Positions 50,228 through 59,547 of a stretch of DNA of 64,000 nt are shown in pieces (position 1 is the stretch's first letter; each line of letters opens with the position of its first letter). Source of the DNA: Spirochaetia bacterium (GTDB lineage: Bacteria; Spirochaetota; Spirochaetia; DSM-2461); the NCBI GenBank assembly GCA_963668315.1, contig OY764216.1:3776001-3840000 (forward strand). The letters run 5' to 3'. The position numbers and the translations under genes are program-made. The notes below the pieces were generated by a model. The model saw nothing but the letters and a program-made list of their open reading frames with translations, was not told the DNA's origin and did no database searches.

Positions 50228-51746
50228 AACAGGTTCCGCCGCCCTCCCTGTTTCGTACGTTTACATAGCCGTAGTAACCCTCGACAATCTCCTTGACGAT
50301 GGCCAGCCCCAGACCGGAATGGTTGCCCTTCTCCTCCCTGTCGGAATAGAAGCGGTTGAAGATTTTCTCCTCCATCCCCCTGGGAATGCCCGGTCCCCGG
50401 TCTTTGACGGACAGCACGATCCGGTTACCCTCTTCGCCCAGCTCCAGGTCCACCCTTTCTCCGGGAGGTGAGAAGGAGAGGGCATTATCCAGAAGGTTCG
50501 TCACGACCTGGGTCATTCTGTCCGGATTGATTTTCAGGAAGAGGGAATCCCTCGTATAGAGAAGAAAAATCCTGTTGCGGGAGCGGTAGTTGTCTATGAT
50601 ACCCTTGGTAAAACCGACCAGTTCCAGGGGGATTCTCTCCTCCCCTTCCAGCTCGGCGCCGATACGGGTGATCTCCCTGAGCCGGTCAAGAAGCCTTTCC
50701 ATGCGGCTCAGCTCCGAATAGACCCGGTTCATGAAATTGTCCCGGTCCTTCCCCTCCGATTCTCCCGCCAGTTCAATGGACGTACGTATGGAGGTCACCG
50801 GATTCTTCAGTTCGTGGACAAGATCGGCCGCCATGGAGTCGATAAAGCTGATTTTTTTTTCGAGCCTTTCCGAAAGGGTCTTGAGTGACCGGGAAAGATC
50901 GCCTATTTCATCGCGGGAGTTATACTCCTTGAAGTGTTCGCCGAAAAGGCCCCTTCTGTCCAGAACGTTCTCGGCCTGCTCGGAAAGCTTCACCACCGGC
51001 ACGGTGATACGCTGGGCCAGCAGAAGGGAGAGAAATACGGCGCATCCCAAGGCCAGAAGGAAGATGCGGATGATATCCAGCCTCAGCTTATAGAGGTCGT
51101 CAAGGATCCGGTAGGTGGATTTGGAAACGATCACCGCGCCGATAACCTCATCCATGTCATTGAAAACGGGGATGGCGGAATACAGATTGATTGATCTCTG
51201 CCCTCCGGTGGAGACCCGCGTCGCCGCACCGTAACGCCCTTCCAGCGCAGCGCGGACCTCAGGCCCCATGAGAACCTCGGTCCCGGAATAGAATTCCCCC
51301 GAGACAAGGGGCGTTTCGGGAGGGAAGAAGAGCTTCCGGAAAGTCATAATGGGATAGGTGACGATGCGGTAAAGAATGTTGACCCTGAATTCATTGGGGG
51401 CCGTGCTCTCTTCGTAGGAGCCTTCCTCGTTGACCTCTTCAAAATCACCGTTCTGCTCGACCTTCGTGGGGGGGCGGGCTGAATCGGCCAGAAGCCGTCC
51501 GTCCTTGTCGACGACACGGATTCTCGCTTCCAGTCTTTTTCTCAGGTGGTGGAGCAGTTTTTCCGCTTCCAGCCGGATATCCGGGGAAGCGCTCAGGGCA
51601 CTGCTGAAGATACGCCCCTGCTGCACCATGGCCCTTTCCTGCGTATCGAGGAGCTGCTTTTCGTAGGTATCCAGATAGAGCATGCTCACGAGGGGGATAA
51701 AAAGGAGAAGCAGATTAAAAAAAAGCAGCCGGCCCGTCAGTCTCAA
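50202..51746 (-). CDS. Sensor histidine kinase (ChvG-like, HAMP-HisKA-HATPase)
   Basis: Two TM helices, HAMP DEIGDLS, H-box VHELKNP, and NLLDNALSFS, DRGPG and SGLGL motifs. Confidence 0.9.
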   Translation of the reverse strand: MRLTGRLLFFNLLLLFIPLVSMLYLDTYEKQLLDTQERAMVQQGRIFSSALSASPDIRLEAEKLLHHLRKRLEARIRVVDKDGRLLADSARPPTKVEQNGDFEEVNEEGSYEESTAPNEFRVNILYRIVTYPIMTFRKLFFPPETPLVSGEFYSGTEVLMGPEVRAALEGRYGAATRVSTGGQRSINLYSAIPVFNDMDEVIGAVIVSKSTYRILDDLYKLRLDIIRIFLLALGCAVFLSLLLAQRITVPVVKLSEQAENVLDRRGLFGEHFKEYNSRDEIGDLSRSLKTLSERLEKKISFIDSMAADLVHELKNPVTSIRTSIELAGESEGKDRDNFMNRVYSELSRMERLLDRLREITRIGAELEGEERIPLELVGFTKGIIDNYRSRNRIFLLYTRDSLFLKINPDRMTQVVTNLLDNALSFSPPGERVDLELGEEGNRIVLSVKDRGPGIPRGMEEKIFNRFYSDREEKGNHSGLGLAIVKEIVEGYYGYVNVRNREGGGTCFKVGFPSE

Positions 51747-52436
51747 TCAGGACTCCTTGAAACGGTAGCCCAGGCCGTAGACAGTCTCAATAGCCGTGTA
51801 GGGCTCTTTGCCGCTCAGTTTTTTTCTCAGCCTTTTAATGTGGCTGTCGGCGGCCCGGTCGCTGACGTAGTTATCCGCGGGAAAGGCGGCCCGCATCAGC
51901 TGCTCCCGTGATTTGACAACCCCCGGGTAAGTGATCAATGACTCCAGCATCCGGAATTCCGTAACCGTGAGTTCCAGTTCCTCCTCATCCTGCCAGAGCC
52001 GGCATCCGTCGCTGTCCAGAACGAGGTCGGCGCACCGGATAATGCGGGAGGAACGGCTGGTGCGTCTCTCCGGATCCATCCGGCGGAGCAGTATCTTGAT
52101 CCTTACCATCAGCTCTTTGAGGGAAAAGGGCTTGCACACATAGTCGTCCCCCCCCATCTCCAGGCCGAGAATGCGGTCTATTTCATCGCTGCGGGAAGAG
52201 AGAAAAATAAGCGGTACGTCTTCATTGACCGAACGGATTTTCCGGCACAGTTCCAGGCCGTCCATACGGGGCATCATGACATCGAGGACCAGAAGGTCGG
52301 CCATGCCATGGGAGAGCCCCTTCCAGGCTTCTTCTCCGTTGGCGTAACACTCCACCCGGTAGCCTTCTTTCTCCAGGGCGTAGGACAAATTCTCCCTGAG
52401 GTTTTTTTCATCATCCACAACAGCAATAGTTTTCAT
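51747..52436 (-). CDS. OmpR-family response regulator (ChvI-like)
   Basis: VVDDE, LDVMMPRMDG and KPFS receiver motifs; winged helix DSHIKRLRKK...IETVYGLGYRF. Confidence 0.93.
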   Translation of the reverse strand: MKTIAVVDDEKNLRENLSYALEKEGYRVECYANGEEAWKGLSHGMADLLVLDVMMPRMDGLELCRKIRSVNEDVPLIFLSSRSDEIDRILGLEMGGDDYVCKPFSLKELMVRIKILLRRMDPERRTSRSSRIIRCADLVLDSDGCRLWQDEEELELTVTEFRMLESLITYPGVVKSREQLMRAAFPADNYVSDRAADSHIKRLRKKLSGKEPYTAIETVYGLGYRFKES

Positions 52437-52604
52437 GAAAAACATTCTATATCAAACGGGGGAAAAAACAAGCCCCCGCCCCGGCTTGCCCGATTCTTGC
52501 TCCGATACCGATTCCATTATGCCATAAAGAGGTTGACTGCGTGACGCTTTCGTGGTAATTTTCTTAGGTTAATTCTGAAACTAATAAACAAGGATTTTTG
52601 AAAA

Positions 52605-54146
52605 ATGTCTCCAAAAAAAACAATTGATAGCTCCAATGCCTTCAAACACAACAAAAAGGGAACAAACAGCATAGCCGGAAAGCTTCCCTTGATCCTCATA
52701 CTTGTATTGGTTGTTGTCGCTTTTGTCATGGCGCCCCTTTTTACAGGAGTCGGGAATACGTCATCAAACAATCTCGTTTTCGGTACTTACGGCAATAAGA
52801 AAATCGAATACTCCCAGGGAAACTACTTCTATTCCCAGGTTAATCTTATGAATAACATGTATCGTGATCAGATATCCCAGAGCGAGGGTCTTTTCGACTT
52901 CTACCGCTACTATATCTGGTCTTCCGCTTATCAGCAGTCCGTCGCCTATGCGGCAAAGACATACGAACTGGATAAGTCAGGCTACACCCTTTCCGACAAG
53001 GGCCTCAGCAGGCTGATTGTCCAGAGCGGATACTACAACGATGACGACGGCAATTTTGATGAGACAGCCTATGCGGAGACATCCGTATCCCAGAGAGACG
53101 AGATCAAAAAATCCATTTTGAACTCCGCTTACCTGAACCGCTACAATTCCGACCGCCTCGGCGGACAGTATAAATCCCAGAAAGAGATCGACAGCCTTAT
53201 CAATACCAGTCCGGTTGAAAAGCAGTTCAGATACGTTCACTTCTCCTCCTCCCAGTATCCCGAATCGGAAATACTGGCCTACGGACAGAACCATAAGGAT
53301 CTATTCACATCCTACCCTGTTTCCCGGATCACCGTGGCGTCCAAATCGGACGGTGACAAAGCCATCAAGGAGATCGCCGCCGGGACAAAGACCTTCGCCG
53401 AAGCGGCATCGGCCTTCTCCACCGATATGTATTCCACTTCCGGCGGCGCCATGGGCGATGTCTACCGCTACAGCCTGATAGATGAACTGGGAGAGGAAAA
53501 GGCAGAAGCCGTGCTTTCCCTGGGTGTGGGTGAATATTCCGCCGAGCCGGTGGAAACCGATTACGGCTGGTACATCTACTCCATTACGGGCGATGCCAAG
53601 GATCCGAACTTCGGCGACGACGCTCTGATCTCTTCCATCAGAAGCTGGATGTCCTGGAATGAAGCAGGAGCCATCGATACCTGGGTGATGGGTGAAGCCG
53701 AGGCGTTCGCCTCCTCCGTTTCTACCTCCGACAGGGAAGATTTCATTCTGAAAGCCGCCGACAAGGGATATGAAGTGAAAACAACCGATTACTTCCCCCT
53801 CAACTGGGGTTCCTCCCCCATCGTGGGAACCGGCCTCAACAGCGCCCAGGACTCCATTATTCAGGGCGCCGCCCTTTCGGATGACTTTTTTACGGCGGCC
53901 TTTTCTCTGGAGAATGCAGGGGATGTTTCCTCTCCCGTCATTCTGGATAACGGCACTATCGTTCTTCAGCTTGTCGACTCCCGGGATTCGGAAAGCCTGA
54001 TTTCCGATTATACCTGCCAGAATTATCTGCAGCAGACCCACGAGCAGCTCTTCAGCTCCCTCATTATGGACTCTCCCCTTTATAAGGATGATTTCGCCAA
54101 TACATACTATAAAGTATTCCCCCCCGAATCGACCGAAGAGTCTTAA
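52605..54146 (+). CDS. Membrane-anchored SurA/PpiD-like chaperone with a rotamase domain
   Basis: N-terminal TM helix, FGxYGNKKI, and a parvulin-like segment FAEAASAFSTD...GGAMG...ETDYGWYIY. Confidence 0.7.
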   Translation: MSPKKTIDSSNAFKHNKKGTNSIAGKLPLILILVLVVVAFVMAPLFTGVGNTSSNNLVFGTYGNKKIEYSQGNYFYSQVNLMNNMYRDQISQSEGLFDFYRYYIWSSAYQQSVAYAAKTYELDKSGYTLSDKGLSRLIVQSGYYNDDDGNFDETAYAETSVSQRDEIKKSILNSAYLNRYNSDRLGGQYKSQKEIDSLINTSPVEKQFRYVHFSSSQYPESEILAYGQNHKDLFTSYPVSRITVASKSDGDKAIKEIAAGTKTFAEAASAFSTDMYSTSGGAMGDVYRYSLIDELGEEKAEAVLSLGVGEYSAEPVETDYGWYIYSITGDAKDPNFGDDALISSIRSWMSWNEAGAIDTWVMGEAEAFASSVSTSDREDFILKAADKGYEVKTTDYFPLNWGSSPIVGTGLNSAQDSIIQGAALSDDFFTAAFSLENAGDVSSPVILDNGTIVLQLVDSRDSESLISDYTCQNYLQQTHEQLFSSLIMDSPLYKDDFANTYYKVFPPESTEES

Positions 54147-55765
54147 TGACTGAAACCGATGATAAGCCCTTACTCGTTGATACGGGTAAGGGTTTTTCTG
54201 TCAAATGGAGGAATCGATTTCTCTATTCCTCCCGCAACCCCCTGGAATCGGTTCTGAAAAGAGTCGAACTATGGAATCCCGAAGAGAACACCCTTTACCT
54301 TATTCCCTCTCCTCTGCTCGGTTACGGGCTCGCGAAGATGGCCGGAAAACTTCCTGCCGGATCTCTCGTACTGGGGGTTGAGCGCTTTCAGGAGCTCATG
54401 GCGCTGACCCAGAGCCATCTTCCCCAGGAGCTGCTTACCGGGGATTCATGCAGAATCATTAGAACGGAGGATCCCGCTGCCGCCGGTGAATACGTGGCCC
54501 GTCTGGACTATTCCCGTTTCCGCCGCTGCCGCCGCGTTGAGTTGACCGGAGGAAGCCGGCTTGCACCGGATTTTTATGATGATCTGGAAAAGGAGCTGAA
54601 CCGGAGGATTTTCACCTACTGGCAGACCAGAGCCAGCGTCGTCAGGATGGGGCCCCTCTGGTTCAGTAATATATTCCGCAATCTATCCTCCCTCCGGCAA
54701 AACAGAAAGGTATCCTCCCTTACCGTAAAGGGACCGATTGTCCTGTGCGGAGCCGGGGAGTCTCTGGAGGAGAGCCTGCCCCTTTTGTCGCTCATAAGGG
54801 ATAAAATCTTTCTCTGTGCCGTGGATACGGCCTATCCCGTTCTGACCGACCGGGGTATTTTCCCCGATGCCGTCTTTAACCTGGACGGCCAGTTTTACAA
54901 TTTCTATGATTTTTACCACCATAAGAATCAGCCCCTATACCTCATATCGGATATAACATCCTTTCCCGCGTCCCTGAGGCTTTCCGGGGTGATTCCCCTC
55001 TTCTTCTCCTCCCGGTTCGCCCCCAATGACTTGTTCCGCCGGATGGAAGCCGCCGGTCTTCTCCCCGATCCGATAGACCCCCTCGGATCCGTCGGCGTTA
55101 CGGCGCTCTCCCTCAGCACGATGCTGGGGACGGGTCCCTATTTCCTGACGGGACTGGACTTCTCCTACCGCCCGGGAAAAAGCCATTCCCGGGGGACGGT
55201 ATATCATCAGCTTTACCTTAACAGAATCAACCGGCTTCTGCCCGACGGCGGCATGACGGAACTTTCCCTCAGGCGTCCTCCCCGTACGGCCTGGGGACGG
55301 ATTTCGGGCCGAGCGCTCAGAAGCGATACGGTCCTTGAGGATTATTACCGTATGTTTCTTGATATTACCGCCCGATACAGGGACCGCTGCTTTCAGCTCT
55401 CCGGCGATTATCCAACCCTGGGAGTCCTTCCAGCCGATAAGGAAACCCTGGAGGGCCTTCTGAACGGAGAACCGTCCGGCCATGTTCTCGACAGTGAATC
55501 CCGTCCGGCCTGTTGGAATGATTTTTTCCGCAGAGAGGCTTCCCGGCTCCGGAGGATTATCAGCAGCTGGGAATTTTACGAAAAAGCCAACAGCCCGGAA
55601 GAGCTGGAAGAACTTCTGAGGGAGTGTGATTACCTGACACTAACCACCGGTATCGAAAAGGGATGCCGGAATGAAGTCTATTTTACCCAGGCGGTAAAAA
55701 ATGCCCGTCAGTACCTCTCCTATATAGACCATTTCCTTTCCGGCGAAGGAGATGACTCACAGTGA
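54146..55765 (+). CDS. DUF115 / MptE-like (Maf-type) protein
   Basis: LYSSRNP, GAGESLE, AVDTA, PDAV..LD, GSVG and GLDFSY motifs. Confidence 0.75.
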   Translation: MTETDDKPLLVDTGKGFSVKWRNRFLYSSRNPLESVLKRVELWNPEENTLYLIPSPLLGYGLAKMAGKLPAGSLVLGVERFQELMALTQSHLPQELLTGDSCRIIRTEDPAAAGEYVARLDYSRFRRCRRVELTGGSRLAPDFYDDLEKELNRRIFTYWQTRASVVRMGPLWFSNIFRNLSSLRQNRKVSSLTVKGPIVLCGAGESLEESLPLLSLIRDKIFLCAVDTAYPVLTDRGIFPDAVFNLDGQFYNFYDFYHHKNQPLYLISDITSFPASLRLSGVIPLFFSSRFAPNDLFRRMEAAGLLPDPIDPLGSVGVTALSLSTMLGTGPYFLTGLDFSYRPGKSHSRGTVYHQLYLNRINRLLPDGGMTELSLRRPPRTAWGRISGRALRSDTVLEDYYRMFLDITARYRDRCFQLSGDYPTLGVLPADKETLEGLLNGEPSGHVLDSESRPACWNDFFRREASRLRRIISSWEFYEKANSPEELEELLRECDYLTLTTGIEKGCRNEVYFTQAVKNARQYLSYIDHFLSGEGDDSQ

Positions 55766-56619
55766 AGATCTGTATTGCCCCTCCCTGGAATGAGTATGAA
55801 ATACTTGATTCCGGACGGGGAAGAAAGCTCGAACGTTTCGGCAGTGTGATCCTGATACGCCCGGAGATCAACGCCGTCTGGCAGCCCGCCCTCTCCTCCG
55901 AAGAGTGGGAGAACCTTGCCGGCGGAGAGTTCATTGAAGAGCAGCCGGGTAAGGGGCACTGGCTGAATTTCCGGAATCTGCCCGAGGAGTGGCGGCTCAG
56001 CTATGATTTCGGTCCAAGGAAGATGTTTTTTCTCCTGAGACTGACTGACTTCAAACATGTGGGAGTTTTTCCCGAACAGACGAAAAACTGGCAGTATCTC
56101 TTCAGCCGCCTTTCCGAGGGAAAAAGCCTTCTCAATCTGTTTGCCCATACGGGGGGTGCGTCCATGGCCGCCAGCCTGGCCGGAGCAAAAGTGACCCATG
56201 TCGATTCGGTCTACACCATGGTCGGCTGGGCCAAGAAAAATGCCGAAGCCGCCGGGATCAATGGTATCCGATGGATATGCGAAGACAGCGTGACCTTCGT
56301 GGAGAAAGAGATCAAACGGAAAAGCTCCTACCATACCATCATCATGGATCCCCCCACTTACGGCTTCAGCAAAAAAGGGCGGCAGTGGAAAATCGAAAGA
56401 GACTTGAAGCCCCTTCTGGAGAACTCTTTTCTTCTGCTGGAAGAGGGAGGGGAAATAATCCTGAACTGCTATTCCCGCCGTATGGAGGAAGAGAGACTGC
56501 TCCCCCTCCTCAGGAAATCCTTCTCCGCCCAGCCGGTGGAAACCGAAAGGCTGGTGCTTCAGGACAATCAGGGGAGACAGATCGATTGCGGCTATCTCGT
56601 GCGAATCCGCCGTCTGTAG
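55762..56619 (+). CDS. Class I SAM-dependent methyltransferase (RlmI/RlmK-like)
   Basis: YEILDSG..RKLERFG, FKHVGVFPEQ, LNLFAHTGG and IIMDPPTYG motifs. Confidence 0.85.
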   Translation: MKICIAPPWNEYEILDSGRGRKLERFGSVILIRPEINAVWQPALSSEEWENLAGGEFIEEQPGKGHWLNFRNLPEEWRLSYDFGPRKMFFLLRLTDFKHVGVFPEQTKNWQYLFSRLSEGKSLLNLFAHTGGASMAASLAGAKVTHVDSVYTMVGWAKKNAEAAGINGIRWICEDSVTFVEKEIKRKSSYHTIIMDPPTYGFSKKGRQWKIERDLKPLLENSFLLLEEGGEIILNCYSRRMEEERLLPLLRKSFSAQPVETERLVLQDNQGRQIDCGYLVRIRRL

Positions 56620-57086
56620 TGCTGAAAGGTCAAATCTCCGGAGCTTCGGGAGGAGACCATGTCCCATTTGTCCCATTCCAGGGGAGGAAAATAACGGTCG
56701 CACTCAAAGGATTTTCCGATACGCGTTACAATCAGTGTATCCGCTGCGGGAAGGAAGTGGCGATAGACCTCCTCTCCGCCGATAACAAATAGCTTCTGCC
56801 ATTTTTTTTCTTCTCCCAGGGACAGGACCTCGGGAAGAGAGGCCAGCCGCCTTACATTGTCCCTTTCGGAGTATAGGGACAGTTCCCTGTGGCTGAGAAC
56901 AAGATTCATCCGCCCGGGAAGAGGTCCGGAAGGAAGGGAGTCAAAGGTTTTTCTCCCCATGAGCACGGGATACCCCAGGGTCGTACTTTTAAAATGGGAA
57001 AGGTCCTCGGGATAATGCCAGGGGAGACGTCCCTTGTACCCGATTCCCCCCTTGCTGTCCATAGCCCAGATGAGAATTATTTCCAT
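56592..57086 (-). CDS. folA: Dihydrofolate reductase
   Basis: IG..GRLPWHYPEDL..FK..T, MGRKTFDS, PLPGRMNLVLS, IGG and DRYFP motifs. Confidence 0.95.
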   Translation of the reverse strand: MEIILIWAMDSKGGIGYKGRLPWHYPEDLSHFKSTTLGYPVLMGRKTFDSLPSGPLPGRMNLVLSHRELSLYSERDNVRRLASLPEVLSLGEEKKWQKLFVIGGEEVYRHFLPAADTLIVTRIGKSFECDRYFPPLEWDKWDMVSSRSSGDLTFQHYRRRIRTR

Positions 57087-57128
57087 GGCCCATTATATCC
57101 GCTTCGGACCGGAGGGATCAATATTCCC

Positions 57129-57171
57129 TTGCTTTTTCTGATCTCCCGTGGTATATTTGCATGCAATAATA
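57129..57171 (+). promoter_or_regulatory. Promoter with an overlapping palindromic operator candidate for the oxidoreductase operon
   Basis: TTGCTT-N17-TATATT with a TG extension; perfect palindrome TTGCATGCAA at 57157-57166 covers the predicted start site. Confidence 0.55.
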
Positions 57172-57187
57172 TATAACAGGAGTGACC

Positions 57188-58558
57188 ATGTCCGAGTTCG
57201 CCCGTTTCAATTTAAAGACTAAGGAAGATCTGATTAGCGAATTGAATCGCTTAAATCTGGAATTACCCTTAAGCGATAACCTTTCCGTTCTGGGAGAAAA
57301 AGTCCCCATGGGCTCTTTCACCCTTCCCAACCGTTTTGTCGCCCAGCCCATGGAAGGTATCGACGGAGATGAATCAACCTACGCTCCCAGCGAACTGACC
57401 TTCAGAAGATACAGAAGATTCGCCGAAGGCGGAGCGGGACTTATCTGGTTCGAAGCCGCCGTTGTGGAACCGGAGGGAAGAAGCAATCCCCGCCAGCTGA
57501 TAATGACGGAAAAAAACCTGGATATCTGGAAACGGCTCGTGGAGGAAACGCGGGAAGCGGCCAGAAAAAAATGGGGCCATGAGATTGTCACGGTTCTCCA
57601 GATTGCCCACTCGGGCCGCTGGAGCAAGCCCCAGGGCTCTCCCGCCCCTGTAGTGATCCATCATAACCCCAGGCTGGACAAGGCCGTGGGAATTGACGAA
57701 TCCTTCCCTCTGGTCACCGATGACGAACTGGACAGACTGCGTGATCTTTTCATCGAAAAGGGTGAACTGGCAGCGAAAGCCGGTTTCGACGGCGTGGAGA
57801 TGAAAGCCGTTCACGGCTATTTCACCGGGGAAATGCTCTGCGCCCATACCAGGGCCGGGCGCTACGGCGGCAGCTATGAAAACAGAACCCGCTTTGTCAG
57901 GGAGTGTACGGGAGGCCTGAAGCAGCGTCTTTCCGGTTCCCAGTTTGTAACCGCACGGCTCACCATGCAGGAACCGTCGCCCTACCCCTTCGGATGGGGA
58001 GTCAAAGCCGAGGAAGGTTCACTGGAGATGGATCTGACCGAACCTCTCCGTTTTGCCGGGGAATTGGTCGCTCTCGGTGATATGCCCGTGTTCAACTACT
58101 CCCTCGGTTACCCCCGTTTCGCCCCTTATATGAACAGACCCTTCGACAATCCCGTTGCCGGAGCTCCCCGGCCACCGGAGCATCCCCTGGAAGGGATCGT
58201 CCGTTTCCAGGCCGTGGGAAGGGAACTGCAGAAAACTCTCGGAGATACTCCCCTGGCCACCGCGGCTCTGGGCTGGCTCCGCCATCTTTCACCCTATGTC
58301 ATGGCCGGACTCGTGGAGAACGGCTGGATGAAACTGATAGGCCAGGGACGGCAGATGTTCGCCTATCCCCAGTCGGTTTCGGATATACTCAAAGAGGGCG
58401 GGATGGATCCGAAGAAGTGCTGTCTCACCTGTTCTCTCTGTTCCCAGATTATGAAGGATGTCCAGGGCCGGAACGGCTGTCCCGTCAGGGACGGAGAGAT
58501 CTACCGTCCGGAGCTGAAAAAAGGGCGGGATGCCGCCAAAGCCAAGGGACTCCCCTGA
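57188..58558 (+). CDS. NADH:flavin oxidoreductase (Old Yellow Enzyme-like) with a C-terminal Cys cluster
   Basis: LPNRFVAQPME, GGAGLIWFE, QIAHSGR, AGFDGVE...HGY, YGGSYENRTRF and C-x2-C-x2-C-x12-C; ATG at 57188 after AGGAG. Confidence 0.85.
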   Translation: MSEFARFNLKTKEDLISELNRLNLELPLSDNLSVLGEKVPMGSFTLPNRFVAQPMEGIDGDESTYAPSELTFRRYRRFAEGGAGLIWFEAAVVEPEGRSNPRQLIMTEKNLDIWKRLVEETREAARKKWGHEIVTVLQIAHSGRWSKPQGSPAPVVIHHNPRLDKAVGIDESFPLVTDDELDRLRDLFIEKGELAAKAGFDGVEMKAVHGYFTGEMLCAHTRAGRYGGSYENRTRFVRECTGGLKQRLSGSQFVTARLTMQEPSPYPFGWGVKAEEGSLEMDLTEPLRFAGELVALGDMPVFNYSLGYPRFAPYMNRPFDNPVAGAPRPPEHPLEGIVRFQAVGRELQKTLGDTPLATAALGWLRHLSPYVMAGLVENGWMKLIGQGRQMFAYPQSVSDILKEGGMDPKKCCLTCSLCSQIMKDVQGRNGCPVRDGEIYRPELKKGRDAAKAKGLP

Positions 58559-59547
58559 TGAAGAAACGCGTAACCCTCTATGATATCGCCTCGGAACTGA
58601 ATATCTCGGCCAGTACGGTATCCCGCGTATTAAACGGTTCGGCCCTGATAAGCGATGATACCAGCCGGCTCATTCGGGAGACGGCTGACAGATTGGGTTA
58701 TGTGCAGCGCACGGTGAAAAAGCAGAAGAACCGGGCCATCCTCGACCTCCACCTGTTTCTGCCCCCTTCCCAGGAGTCCTTTGTCCACCTGTTCTATGAT
58801 GTGGCTCAGCTTCTGGAAGGGATTAAGGAGGGCTTCGGTGAGGTTTCCATCAATATCACCACCCGTGTGAACGACGGGGACATCTCGTTTCTGAATAAAA
58901 AGAAAACCGGCACTATCGACGGCTGTCTTTTTGCTTTTACCACCGTCGGCAGGAAGCTGAAAAACGAACTGGAGACCCGCGGGATTCCCTATGTTCATCT
59001 GAACAGAAAGACCGGTGATTCCTATATCTATTACGATAACGGGAAGGCCATGGAGAAACTTGTAAACTCCCTCCACCGGAAACACGGGGATAAACTGCGC
59101 CCCTGTTACCTGGGTTTTACCCCCCTTTCCTCCGTGGATGATGAGCGCTGGACCGGCGTCAAAAAAGCCTGCCGCGAAAGAGGGATTCCTCTGGATGACA
59201 AGGACAGAATCAGCCTGGAAAGCATAGACACTCTGAATAGCCATATGGATGAGCTTCTCTCCCGCGGGTATAACAGTGTCATTGCGTTCAACGACATGAT
59301 AGCCCTGGCTTTTCTGCACAGGGCGCAGAATAGAGGGTGTTCTATTCCCGATGGGATATCCCTGACCGGTGTTGACAACTCACCGGTCCAGCTTATCATG
59401 ACGTCAAAAATCGATACGATTGAATTTTCCGTATCCCTTCTGGGAAAAGAGGCGGGAAAATGGCTTTATGAGCGGATTATAGAAAAGAACGAAAGCCCCT
59501 GCCAGATCGTCCTTGAAGGCGAATATATTAAAGGAGATACCCTATGA
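58558..59547 (+). CDS. LacI-family transcriptional regulator
   Basis: VTLYDIASELNISASTVSRVLNG HTH; AFNDMIAL and IPDGISLTGVD effector-domain motifs; TGATG coupling to the upstream gene. Confidence 0.9.
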   Translation: MKKRVTLYDIASELNISASTVSRVLNGSALISDDTSRLIRETADRLGYVQRTVKKQKNRAILDLHLFLPPSQESFVHLFYDVAQLLEGIKEGFGEVSINITTRVNDGDISFLNKKKTGTIDGCLFAFTTVGRKLKNELETRGIPYVHLNRKTGDSYIYYDNGKAMEKLVNSLHRKHGDKLRPCYLGFTPLSSVDDERWTGVKKACRERGIPLDDKDRISLESIDTLNSHMDELLSRGYNSVIAFNDMIALAFLHRAQNRGCSIPDGISLTGVDNSPVQLIMTSKIDTIEFSVSLLGKEAGKWLYERIIEKNESPCQIVLEGEYIKGDTL

